A DNA stretch of 64,000 bases from Lachnospiraceae bacterium (GCA_963661135.1 CAVKZO010000002.1:8614-72613); one strand, 5' to 3'. Shown: positions 48,967-57,635, counted from the stretch's first letter. Translations and numbers: made by a program. Notes: generated by a model not told the origin, from the sequence alone.

Positions 48967-50350
48967 CGTTGATACAGAATTATTAGATGAATCCTCATTT
49001 CATGATGCTAAAGATAACCCAATTTTACAAAGCAATTTAATCAAAACACAAGTAGCGATTGATGAAACTGGTAGTAAAAATGACGAATTAAAAGAGCATC
49101 CTATTAGTGATGATACAAAACTAAAAGAAGAAGTCAGTAAGATTGATAACACTAAAAAATATAAGAATAAATATAAACAAGAATATGTTGATAACAATGT
49201 TATTCTTTCAGTAAATCATCTTAAGCAATATTTTTTCTTTGGAGTTGGTCCTAAAAAGTTTAAGTTAAAAGCAGTCCACGATGTTTCTTTCCAAGTTCAT
49301 GAAAAAGAAGTATTTGGTATCGTCGGCGAATCTGGTTGTGGTAAAACTACTACTGGTAGATCAATAATGAAATTATACGATATTACTAGTGGTTCAGTTT
49401 ACTATAAAGGTTATAGAATCGGAGCAGGTTCTAGATGGAATGAAAAAGAAATTAAATACACCAAAATAAGATTAAGAAAAATCAAAAGAGATCTTAAAAA
49501 ATCTTTAAAAGAAGGTAAAATTACTCATGAAGAGTATTCTGCTAAATCAAAAGAAGCTCAAGAGCATGCTGATAATATCATTAAGATTCAAAAAGATAAA
49601 ATTAAGCAAATCAAATATGATAGAACACATCCTAATAAAGATTTGTTAAAAGAAATTCAAATGATTTTCCAAGATCCTATCGATTCTCTTGATCCTCGTA
49701 TGACTGTAGAAACAATCATCTCTGAAGGTCTTCAAATTCAAGGATCTTACAATAGAGTAGAAAACCATAAAAAGGTTGTAGAAGCTTTAAATAGAGTCGG
49801 TTTAATTGAAGATTACGCAAATAGATATCCTCATGAATTCTCAGGTGGACAACGTCAAAGAATCGGTATTGCTCGTGCTTTAATTATGAATCCTAAGTTG
49901 CTTATTTGCGATGAACCTATAAGTGCATTAGATGTTTCTATTAGAGCTCAAATCATCAATCTTTTAGATGATTTAAAAGAATCTATGGGTTTATCTATCA
50001 TCTTTATTGCTCACGATTTAAGTGTTGTTAAATATTTCTGTGATCGTATTGCTGTTATGTACTTTGGTGAAATTGTTGAACTTGCTACTAGTGATGAATT
50101 ATTTAAACATCCATTACACCCTTACACAAAATCATTATTAAGTGCTATTCCATTACCAAATCCTCATCTTGAAAAGAGAAGAAAAAGAATTATTTATAAT
50201 CCTAGCGAATGCCACGATTATTCTAAAGAAAAACCTACTTTACAAGAGATTTTACCAGGACACTTCATTTTAGCTAATAGTGAAGAGATGGAAAAATATA
50301 AAAGTGAGATTGAAAAGCTTGATATAGCTTCAAGCGAATCATCAAATTAA
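48938..50350 (+). CDS. oppF: Oligopeptide ABC ATPase OppF with N-terminal extension and ~70-aa insertion
   Basis: Walker A GESGCGKTT, Q-loop MIFQDPIDSLDP, signature FSGGQRQR, Walker B LLICDEPISALD. ATG at 48938 behind GAGGAGGAAGAAGAAA; the track start is 48920. Confidence 0.88.
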   Translation: MQDEEKKITNVDTELLDESSFHDAKDNPILQSNLIKTQVAIDETGSKNDELKEHPISDDTKLKEEVSKIDNTKKYKNKYKQEYVDNNVILSVNHLKQYFFFGVGPKKFKLKAVHDVSFQVHEKEVFGIVGESGCGKTTTGRSIMKLYDITSGSVYYKGYRIGAGSRWNEKEIKYTKIRLRKIKRDLKKSLKEGKITHEEYSAKSKEAQEHADNIIKIQKDKIKQIKYDRTHPNKDLLKEIQMIFQDPIDSLDPRMTVETIISEGLQIQGSYNRVENHKKVVEALNRVGLIEDYANRYPHEFSGGQRQRIGIARALIMNPKLLICDEPISALDVSIRAQIINLLDDLKESMGLSIIFIAHDLSVVKYFCDRIAVMYFGEIVELATSDELFKHPLHPYTKSLLSAIPLPNPHLEKRRKRIIYNPSECHDYSKEKPTLQEILPGHFILANSEEMEKYKSEIEKLDIASSESSN

Positions 50351-50359
50351 TATAAAAAT

Positions 50360-50416
50360 AGGAGTTCTATATTTATCCTCTTAATTAAAATTTTAACAAT
50401 TAGAACTCCTTTTTTA
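50360..50416 (+). terminator. Candidate terminator after the opp operon
   Basis: aggagttcta / tagaactcct 10-bp stem followed by tttttt. The loop is unusually long (31 nt). Confidence 0.55.
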
Positions 50417-50445
50417 TTTGCTTTAAAATAGTGTATAATTTTTAT

Positions 50446-51423
50446 ATGAAAAAAAGATATTTACCATTAATATTACCTATATTATTTTCAGTAAGTGGGT
50501 GTAATGAAAAAGTTAGTTACGATACAAAAAAGTATGAAATCAATGTTGATTTTGAAAATGATAATTTTAAAATAATGCAACTTACTGATATTCATTTAGG
50601 TATTGAAGTAGATAATGAATTAGAGATGAATCAAGTAGGTAAATATATAGAATCGAATAATCCAGATTTAGTAGTAATTACCGGAGATACATTTTTAGAT
50701 GCTAATAAAAATATCGTAGATTATTTTATTTCAAGAATGGATTCATTTAATGTTAAGTGGACTTTTACTTATGGAAATCATGATAATCAAGGGGATTATG
50801 AAGAATATTATATTAATAAATCTATAATGAAAAATAGTAAGAATGCTTTATTTATTGATTATAAAGATGATGATTTAACAGGTAAAACAAACTTTTATAT
50901 CAACTTAAAAAAAGATAAGAAGACTTTGTATAGACTTTACATTATAGATAGCAATTCTTATTATTTTAATGGATTTAAATATCAATATGATGTAATTCAT
51001 GAAGAGCAATTAGAACACATCAAAAAGATTAATGATTTAGATAACGCTTTTGGATTAGCTTTCTTTCATATTCCTTTTAGTGAATATCAAGAAACATATG
51101 AAAGATATATAAAAGGAGAAACTAAAGGACAGTGTACTAATTTTGAAAAATGTTGTCCTCCTTATACTAATAATGGTGCATTAAAAAAGATGTATGATAG
51201 CGGAATTAGAGCATCTTTTGTAGGGCATGATCATATTAATTATAGCGATGTAATTTACGATAAATTTGATGAAGATTTCATCATGTCTTATGGAGTTAAA
51301 GCTACTAAGACAATATATGCTAACGACGATTTATTAGGTTGTAAAATTATTAATTTAAAATCTAGTGAGATTGGATTAAAACTTGATGATATAGAGGCGA
51401 AATTATATGGTTACAGTATATAG
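50446..51423 (+). CDS. Calcineurin-like metallophosphoesterase lipoprotein
   Basis: Lipobox VSGC after MKKRYLPLILPILF. Metal-binding blocks LTDIHLG, ITGDTF, GNHDN, FFHIP and GHDHIN. ATG at 50446; the track GTG at 50431 is rejected. Confidence 0.8.
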   Translation: MKKRYLPLILPILFSVSGCNEKVSYDTKKYEINVDFENDNFKIMQLTDIHLGIEVDNELEMNQVGKYIESNNPDLVVITGDTFLDANKNIVDYFISRMDSFNVKWTFTYGNHDNQGDYEEYYINKSIMKNSKNALFIDYKDDDLTGKTNFYINLKKDKKTLYRLYIIDSNSYYFNGFKYQYDVIHEEQLEHIKKINDLDNAFGLAFFHIPFSEYQETYERYIKGETKGQCTNFEKCCPPYTNNGALKKMYDSGIRASFVGHDHINYSDVIYDKFDEDFIMSYGVKATKTIYANDDLLGCKIINLKSSEIGLKLDDIEAKLYGYSI

Positions 51424-52312
51424 AAATAATGATAAAAAAATTAAATTTATCGTATCTTTAGTTTTGTTTTTAATTTTATTATTTGTCATAGGACCAATAG
51501 TGGTTTTTGATGGTATAGGGTATATAATAAGTACCGCTACAAATAAGTTTTACAACATATGGAATAATTTACCTCCTTTATTGAGTTATATAGCTTTAGG
51601 AAGTCTTATTATTAATTACTTTAAAATTATATTTATAAATAAAGATAATAAGAAATTACATATTGTTTTCCTATCTATTTATGGAATTTTATTATTATCT
51701 AGCTTAATTTTATATCTATTTCACTTAACATTAATTTTTTCTAGTTTTAAAAATTATTTTGTTGGTGGGTATTATGATTCAATGTATTTAAAAGGTATTA
51801 TATTACTAGTTATAGGTATTATTCTTTTTGGATTAGAACTATCGATCCACTTAAAAAATAAAGATTCTTTAGCGACTATTTTTGTATATCAAAATGTTGA
51901 TAATTTTAAAAAAGCATATGGAATCGCATTTATTTTCTTAGTAATTTTATTTTTATACAACTTAAAAAGCTTTGTAACTTTACTGTTTATGAATCAAGGA
52001 GATAATATAGGACAAGTTGTGTACTTATTATTTTTAGGGATAAATATTTTTGATTTTATTTATATGATGATTTATTTTAATAAAAAATTTTCTAATTTTA
52101 ATTTTGTAGTTTTTATCGTTTTAAATATTATTATACTTATGAATATGCTAATAATTGAATTAGAAAATCCTTCATTTTTAGTTCATATAATGAAGCCTGT
52201 TTCTCCTTTAACTTACGCGGTTTCTTTTCCAGTTTACTTCTATTTATTAATAATTAATGTATTAGCAATGATCGTCTTAATGATTATTAGAAAAATTAAA
52301 AACAATAGGTAA
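51407..52312 (+). CDS. Polytopic membrane protein of unknown function
   Basis: 301 aa with ~8 hydrophobic segments and no recognisable motif. Overlaps the phosphoesterase gene by 17 nt. Confidence 0.55.
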   Translation: MVTVYRNNDKKIKFIVSLVLFLILLFVIGPIVVFDGIGYIISTATNKFYNIWNNLPPLLSYIALGSLIINYFKIIFINKDNKKLHIVFLSIYGILLLSSLILYLFHLTLIFSSFKNYFVGGYYDSMYLKGIILLVIGIILFGLELSIHLKNKDSLATIFVYQNVDNFKKAYGIAFIFLVILFLYNLKSFVTLLFMNQGDNIGQVVYLLFLGINIFDFIYMMIYFNKKFSNFNFVVFIVLNIIILMNMLIIELENPSFLVHIMKPVSPLTYAVSFPVYFYLLIINVLAMIVLMIIRKIKNNR

Positions 52313-52342
52313 ATCCTATTGTTTTTTAAATTTAAACATTAA

Positions 52343-53950
52343 TCACTTAACTTGTACGTGAAATAAAACACTTGAATCATTATTTGTATAATCAGTTCTT
52401 ATTTGAAGGTTTTTTAAGTTAGAATCATTATTCCAATCTGTAAAGAATTGTTCATATTCAGAAGTGTATGTAGATGTAGATACCATCTTATTATAATAAG
52501 TAGAAGAGATTGTAGTGTTATTAGATACATCTAAATCAAGCTTAATAGAACCAAGACCAATATTAAAAGAGGAATAAACATGAAATCTAGAAAGTAAGTA
52601 TTGATTATCTCCTTCTTCGTTAAAATAATATAAATCAGCATAAACATCTAAAACAACTAACCTCATGTATAATTGATATTTATTTTCGTTATCAATCTTT
52701 TTAAAGTATTTAAAATAACCTAACATATTATCTAAATCGATACTATATTCACTTGCCATATCTTTTATTTTTTCATATACAGATTCTTGTTCTAATGAAA
52801 ATACCATTACGTAATAAAGCATATCTTGAACCATTGTTGCTTGGTCTAGATGTACATAGTATAGATCGTCATTAGTAAGATTGTAATCCGACCATGTCCA
52901 GCTACCAAAGATTGTTTGTCTTGATCCAGTGCTTTTAAAAGATTTTTTATTTTTTTTGATATAAGCATCGGTATCTTTTATAAAATATTGAGTAACTATA
53001 GTACTATATGTTCTTGTTGCACTTGTATTAAAAGTTAAAGTCGATTCACTAACATCTGTTGTATAATAAATTTCAACTAATCCATCAATAGTAAATAAGT
53101 TGTTTTTATCTACCGTGTCACCTACTTTTAAGTAGACTTTAACTGTAGGTTTAATATCAACATCGACAATCCAAGTGGCAACGCCACTAGTTTTCATAAT
53201 TAACGAACCTTCAATTTCGTAATCTCTTCTTTCAGTAGTCTTTATTCCTATCTTAGTTAATAACGGAAGAGTAGATAGATCGACGTAACCAATATTATCG
53301 TTGCTTTTAAATGATGTAGAATCGCTATTATTAAAGTTTTTTAATAAACTAAAAGAGATGTTTCCTAAACATCCATTGTAAGAAAAATCCTTAATAATAA
53401 CATCTAATATGTTGTTTGTATCATCTGGATCAAAGTCTATTGAAAACTTTGTCGGAGATTCGCTATTCGGGTTGATTGTAAAATCTAAAACATATGCATC
53501 TGTGTTTTCAATTTTTACATTATCTCTTGATGTATTTATAAAGTCTAAAACTTTTTGTTTATAGTCTATTCCATTATCGCTATCTTTTTCTCCGATAATT
53601 TGTTTAATTAACGGAAGGTAATCCGATACATAAATATATAAAAGATTACCTTCTGTCATTTTTGTGAACTCACTTAAAGCTTCTAAAACATTATTTCCAT
53701 AAGTATATGCTTTTATTGATTCATTATATTGAAGATTAATCATTGATTGTTCACTATCTGATTGTTTTTCTTTTTTTATTTGAACTTTATTAGTTGTTTC
53801 TTTATTGTCTGAAGATACTGAAGTAACCGAAAAAGACCCTTCAAGTTTATTATCAACTGTCAAAGGGTTTTTCTCGTTATTTAACCAACCGTTTAATGTT
53901 ACTTTTTTTGTAGTATCTTCGTTATTGCCTGGGATTTTCCAAAACACCAT
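52343..53950 (-). CDS. Hypothetical protein, probable C-terminal part of a split giant surface protein
   Basis: 535-aa ORF with no signal peptide or usable RBS. A TAA lies immediately 5' of its ATG in the same frame. Overlaps the upstream ORF by 29 nt in the +1 frame. N/S/T/D/Y-rich. Confidence 0.6.
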   Translation of the reverse strand: MVFWKIPGNNEDTTKKVTLNGWLNNEKNPLTVDNKLEGSFSVTSVSSDNKETTNKVQIKKEKQSDSEQSMINLQYNESIKAYTYGNNVLEALSEFTKMTEGNLLYIYVSDYLPLIKQIIGEKDSDNGIDYKQKVLDFINTSRDNVKIENTDAYVLDFTINPNSESPTKFSIDFDPDDTNNILDVIIKDFSYNGCLGNISFSLLKNFNNSDSTSFKSNDNIGYVDLSTLPLLTKIGIKTTERRDYEIEGSLIMKTSGVATWIVDVDIKPTVKVYLKVGDTVDKNNLFTIDGLVEIYYTTDVSESTLTFNTSATRTYSTIVTQYFIKDTDAYIKKNKKSFKSTGSRQTIFGSWTWSDYNLTNDDLYYVHLDQATMVQDMLYYVMVFSLEQESVYEKIKDMASEYSIDLDNMLGYFKYFKKIDNENKYQLYMRLVVLDVYADLYYFNEEGDNQYLLSRFHVYSSFNIGLGSIKLDLDVSNNTTISSTYYNKMVSTSTYTSEYEQFFTDWNNDSNLKNLQIRTDYTNNDSSVLFHVQVK

Positions 53951-56537
53951 TTACTTTAAAGGAGGATGAAACTCCTTCGATTATGCCTAAGACAGAATCG
54001 ACAGTAGTATTCATCTCTTTATAGTAATTAGTAATTTCATCCTCCGAAATTGAGAATTCTTTATAGTCATCAAATGTTAAACCAAAAGTAAATAATCCAG
54101 TATTTTGGTCTTCAAATGATCCGCTTATCGAAAGAAGTGAAGGATTTTCACCTTTATCAACTGTATCTAATGTAATTGAAATTTGACCAGGATTTTCAGT
54201 GTTGCTATTAAATGCTTTTGTATTGATATCAACAACTAATGTATCTTGGCTAGCACCATTTTTAATTGAGATATAAGGTTTTAATTCATCAATATAAGTG
54301 CTATTTAAAATAGTCCAGATTTTACCATCTGTTAAATTTAATATGTCGTTAATGGTAGTGGACATATCATCAAATGGGCTCTTTGTATCAGTTGATTCGC
54401 TACTAGAATTGCTATTAATTAATCCTTCAGCAAATGTGACGATATCAAAAATCTTACCTTGAGTTAAACTCATTCTAGTTCTACTAGATTCGCTATATCC
54501 GTGGTAATCAAGATATAAGCCTTGATTTTGATATGTTAATTTTGCGTTGTGTGGAACTCCGTTGACATCAGCGCTTAAATTCAATTGATATAATCCTAAA
54601 TTTTTACCTTTAATGACATCGATTGCTGAGTCAAATGTAACATCATCACCAAAATCCATTGAATCGATTTTGTTTAAATCTGCATTTAAGTTACCTGCAG
54701 CTTCAATGACTGGTGTAGTTTCATCTTTTTTAGTGTAACTAAATGTATATGATGTTCCAACTTGTTTAGTGTTAGCAATTTTCGAAATTGAATTAAAGAT
54801 CGGTGAAACGATTTTAAAGTTAGCATATGTTGATAAATCGCCATAAACTTCATTAACATTAGTTTCAACATAATCTTTTAAAGATAATGATAAACTAACG
54901 TAATTAATATGGTTTATATCGCTTGTATCTTTGCTTTCACAAACAGGTAAATCAACAATTGAAACACCATTAAATTTACCATTAGATAAATCTAATTCTA
55001 AATAGAAATTCTTGTCTACAAGTTTAGAATATAAGCCTTTTGCGCTTATTTCTAATTTCATCTTGCAGCTTTCATCATCTGGAGCACCTTCAACAGTTAA
55101 GTTCTTAATAATCTTTTTGTATGCGTTCCAGTTTCCGTTCATAATGTCGTAAATTGCTTCACCTTTTAAAACGTTATTAAGAGCATCTAAAGATTCGTTA
55201 GCTTGTTCTTGATCATCATTAGCTAGTGTACCGACAATGTTTTTACTTAAATCATCGATGGTGGAATTTTCAATATATCCAGTAGCTAATTGATTATGTA
55301 CATTGAAGTATGTCTTACTATCTTCATATCTAACATTAACTTTGGTGTATAAATCTTTTTCTCCGCCTAATGAGATATCGTAAATTGCACCATCATTAAT
55401 ACTTTTTGCATTCTTTAAATCGCCTTTAAAACCACCAGTGATTTCTCTACTAGCAGTTTTAACTCCGTTTTCTTCTTCTTTAAATGAAAGTGAAAAATCG
55501 GTTTTAAATGTTTTTTCATCGATTAAAGATGTGATAGTAGTAAGAATGTTGGTTGTGCAATCTAAATTATTATAATCGCCATTAATATCAGTATTATCAA
55601 CGTATTGAGAATCTAAACTCATCTCAGTATTACTTGATAAAGAAACCGTGATACCGCTTACTGTTAAAGGTTCTAAAGCAATATATGTTAATAAACCATT
55701 TTCATTGCATTTTAAAACTACATTGATATCTTGATCGATGCCAACTGATGATAATAAACTTTGTTTTACTAATAAGTTGTATGTATAAATTTTATGACCA
55801 TCTACAATTTCTGGTGTTTGATTTAAATCTGTATCGCTAGAAAAACTCATTAAAGCTCCACAAATTGTTGGAATAAGCGGAAGTACATCGATCGATTTAA
55901 CTTTGTCGACGATATCACCTACAGAAGATAAATCGTTATTTGTAAGAGTACCGATAGTAGGAACAAAATTTAAAACATCGTTTAAAAATTTTCCACTGAT
56001 TGAGTATCTTGTATAATTTGCATCTTCTCCATTGATTGTATCAGCCCAATTTAAATCTATATATAATTTTCCGTTTCCATTAGCGTTAATAATCATACTT
56101 TCGTCAAGAATAGGGTTAACGCTTGTATCTGTTAAAACTTCGTTATATTTGATATTAACGTTACCATTAAGCTTAGCTACAACATCGTTACTTGTATCGT
56201 TATCTTTTCTTGTATCGATAAATGCTTTGTAATCTGCAGCTCCTACAAAACTTAATAGGATTTGATTGTTTGCTTTACTTCCGATTCCATCAACTTTCAA
56301 TAAAAGGTCTTTAAAACTAAGGTTAGATGAAGCAAGATTTTCAGCTAATTTCGCTTTAGCGTTTTGACAAGCTTTTTGATCTTCTGTCATTGAATCTTGA
56401 TCACCATCTATAGAATCATCAGGTGTAATTACTGATGTTTTAGAACCATTTATAAAGTAAAGTGTCGATAAACTACCTCCAACGATCATTGAAGTGACCA
56501 AAGAAGCAGCTAGAACTCTTAAAAATTTATAGTTCAT
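53922..56537 (-). CDS. Hypothetical membrane-anchored surface protein (N-terminal part)
   Basis: 871-aa ORF with AAAGGAGAA RBS. N-terminal signal anchor LRVLAASLVTSMIVGGSLSTLYFI. The rest is N/S/T/D-rich with no motif I recognise. Confidence 0.7.
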   Translation of the reverse strand: MNYKFLRVLAASLVTSMIVGGSLSTLYFINGSKTSVITPDDSIDGDQDSMTEDQKACQNAKAKLAENLASSNLSFKDLLLKVDGIGSKANNQILLSFVGAADYKAFIDTRKDNDTSNDVVAKLNGNVNIKYNEVLTDTSVNPILDESMIINANGNGKLYIDLNWADTINGEDANYTRYSISGKFLNDVLNFVPTIGTLTNNDLSSVGDIVDKVKSIDVLPLIPTICGALMSFSSDTDLNQTPEIVDGHKIYTYNLLVKQSLLSSVGIDQDINVVLKCNENGLLTYIALEPLTVSGITVSLSSNTEMSLDSQYVDNTDINGDYNNLDCTTNILTTITSLIDEKTFKTDFSLSFKEEENGVKTASREITGGFKGDLKNAKSINDGAIYDISLGGEKDLYTKVNVRYEDSKTYFNVHNQLATGYIENSTIDDLSKNIVGTLANDDQEQANESLDALNNVLKGEAIYDIMNGNWNAYKKIIKNLTVEGAPDDESCKMKLEISAKGLYSKLVDKNFYLELDLSNGKFNGVSIVDLPVCESKDTSDINHINYVSLSLSLKDYVETNVNEVYGDLSTYANFKIVSPIFNSISKIANTKQVGTSYTFSYTKKDETTPVIEAAGNLNADLNKIDSMDFGDDVTFDSAIDVIKGKNLGLYQLNLSADVNGVPHNAKLTYQNQGLYLDYHGYSESSRTRMSLTQGKIFDIVTFAEGLINSNSSSESTDTKSPFDDMSTTINDILNLTDGKIWTILNSTYIDELKPYISIKNGASQDTLVVDINTKAFNSNTENPGQISITLDTVDKGENPSLLSISGSFEDQNTGLFTFGLTFDDYKEFSISEDEITNYYKEMNTTVDSVLGIIEGVSSSFKVNGVLENPRQ

Positions 56538-56564
56538 AATAAAAATTCTCCTTTTTGTGTTATT

Positions 56565-56593
56565 AATATAATATTAATAATTTTATTTGTCAA
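56565..56593 (-). promoter_or_regulatory. Candidate sigma-A promoter of the giant-protein operon
   Basis: The minus strand reads TTGACA, 17 nt, TATATT, ~20 nt upstream of the RBS of the 871-aa ORF. Confidence 0.6.
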
Positions 56594-56597
56594 GTTT

Positions 56598-56648
56598 TCT
56601 AGTTTTTTAAACGAGATTAGTAAAATAAAACTAGTATTAAAAACTAGA
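56598..56648. repeat. Three copies of an AAAACTAG motif (one inverted, two direct) just upstream of the -35
   Basis: tctagttttt (56598-56607), aaaactag (56627-56634), aaaaactaga (56639-56648). The outer pair is a perfect 10-bp inverted repeat. Confidence 0.5.
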
Positions 56649-56756
56649 TGTAATCGTATTATAAATTTAAAAATAATATTATTACGATGACATCGTTATT
56701 TTTTAAAAAATATAGAAATAAAATAGTTTATTATCTATAATTATAGTGTTTTTATT

Positions 56757-56840
56757 GCACCAATGATGGAATGGTAGACATGCTAGACTTAGAATCTAGT
56801 GGGGAGACCCGTGCAAGTTCGACTCTTGTTTGGTGCACCA
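56757..56840 (+). tRNA. tRNA-Leu (anticodon UAG), class II with long variable arm
   Basis: Acceptor GCACCAA/TTGGTGC. Anticodon stem CTAGA/TCTAG with loop CTTAGAA. Variable arm TGGGGAGACCCGT. T arm GCAAG-TTCGACT-CTTGT. CCA is encoded. Confidence 0.9.
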
Positions 56841-56852
56841 TAAAAGTAGCTT

Positions 56853-56898
56853 ATCCTTTAATCTATATTATATAAATATTGATTAAAGGATTTTTTTA
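56853..56898 (+). terminator. Rho-independent terminator after tRNA-Leu
   Basis: atcctttaatc / gattaaaggat 11-bp stem followed by ttttttt. Confidence 0.75.
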
Positions 56899-56925
56899 AT
56901 ATATAGATGATATATTTTTTTAAAG

Positions 56926-56981
56926 TTGGTTAATATGTATTTCTTAATTATATAAAAGTAGAAAATCCCTACTTGTAGGGA
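56926..56981 (+). promoter_or_regulatory. Candidate promoter plus palindromic operator of the AbrB/PIN locus
   Basis: TTGGTT, 17 nt, TATATA (56949-56954), followed by the perfect palindrome TCCCTAC-tt-GTAGGGA (56966-56981) 15 nt before the antitoxin ATG. Confidence 0.5.
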
Positions 56982-56996
56982 AAAGAGAAGATAATT

Positions 56997-57203
56997 ATGA
57001 ACTCATATATTGAACAAGTGAAAGTAATGCTTAAAGGACAAATTATAATTTTACAAGAAATAAGAAAATTATTAGGCTTAGAACTTAGGGATTACGTCTC
57101 TTTTATTGAAAATGGAAATCAAGTAAAATTAGCTAATTCCTCAATCTGTGCATTGAAATTAATGCAAGAGGAAACGAAAGGTGAAGCTTTAAAAAAGAAT
57201 TAA
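56997..57203 (+). CDS. AbrB/SpoVT-domain antitoxin-like protein, probably C-terminally frameshifted
   Basis: 68 aa with a swapped-hairpin-like QVKVMLKGQIIILQEIRKLLGL..DYVSFIENGNQVKL. The +1 frame continues with KNEKDVQKLIEENK* to 57246, suggesting a slip in the A-runs at 57191-57214. Confidence 0.6.
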   Translation: MNSYIEQVKVMLKGQIIILQEIRKLLGLELRDYVSFIENGNQVKLANSSICALKLMQEETKGEALKKN

Positions 57204-57238
57204 AAACGAAAAAGATGTTCAAAAATTGATCGAGGAAA

Positions 57239-57635
57239 ATAAGTAAGAGTTTTTTTGATTCTAATATCATATTTCCTCTAATGTTATTTTTAGAATCTAT
57301 TCATGATTTAACATTGCAAAAAACACTTGCAACGCCATATGTTGCAGTTACGAGCGATTATGTTTTAGATTAATTAGCAAAGAAATTTTCCTGATAAATT
57401 AATAAAATTAGATTCTTATTTACTTCTTTTACGTATGTCGATAGAAGCTATAAAGGTTTTATATGATATTAATAATATTACATTAGATATAAGAGACCCT
57501 TATGGTAAATCAGTTTTAAAAGCAACTATCGGATTTAAATACGATGTATTAATTACTGGAGATAAAGATTTTTTAGAATCAAATATTAAGTTTCCTAAAA
57601 ATTTAATGGCAAAAAACTTTATTGAAAATTATTGA
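57239..57635 (+). pseudogene. Decayed PIN-domain (PIN_3-like) toxin gene
   Basis: Reads (I)SKSFFDSNIIF...VAVTSDYVLD*LAKKF, with a TAA at 57371-57373, no ATG start, and a 1-nt frameshift near 57385-57392. It then continues as the track ORF 57435-57635, which ends with the PIN C-terminal block RDPYGKSVLKATIGFKYDVLITGDKDFL. Confidence 0.65.

Noticed and set aside
56680-56705. Mini-hairpin acgatg-a-catcgt followed by tatttttt upstream of tRNA-Leu.
   Set aside because: The loop is too small for a stable RNA hairpin and no upstream plus-strand gene needs termination here.
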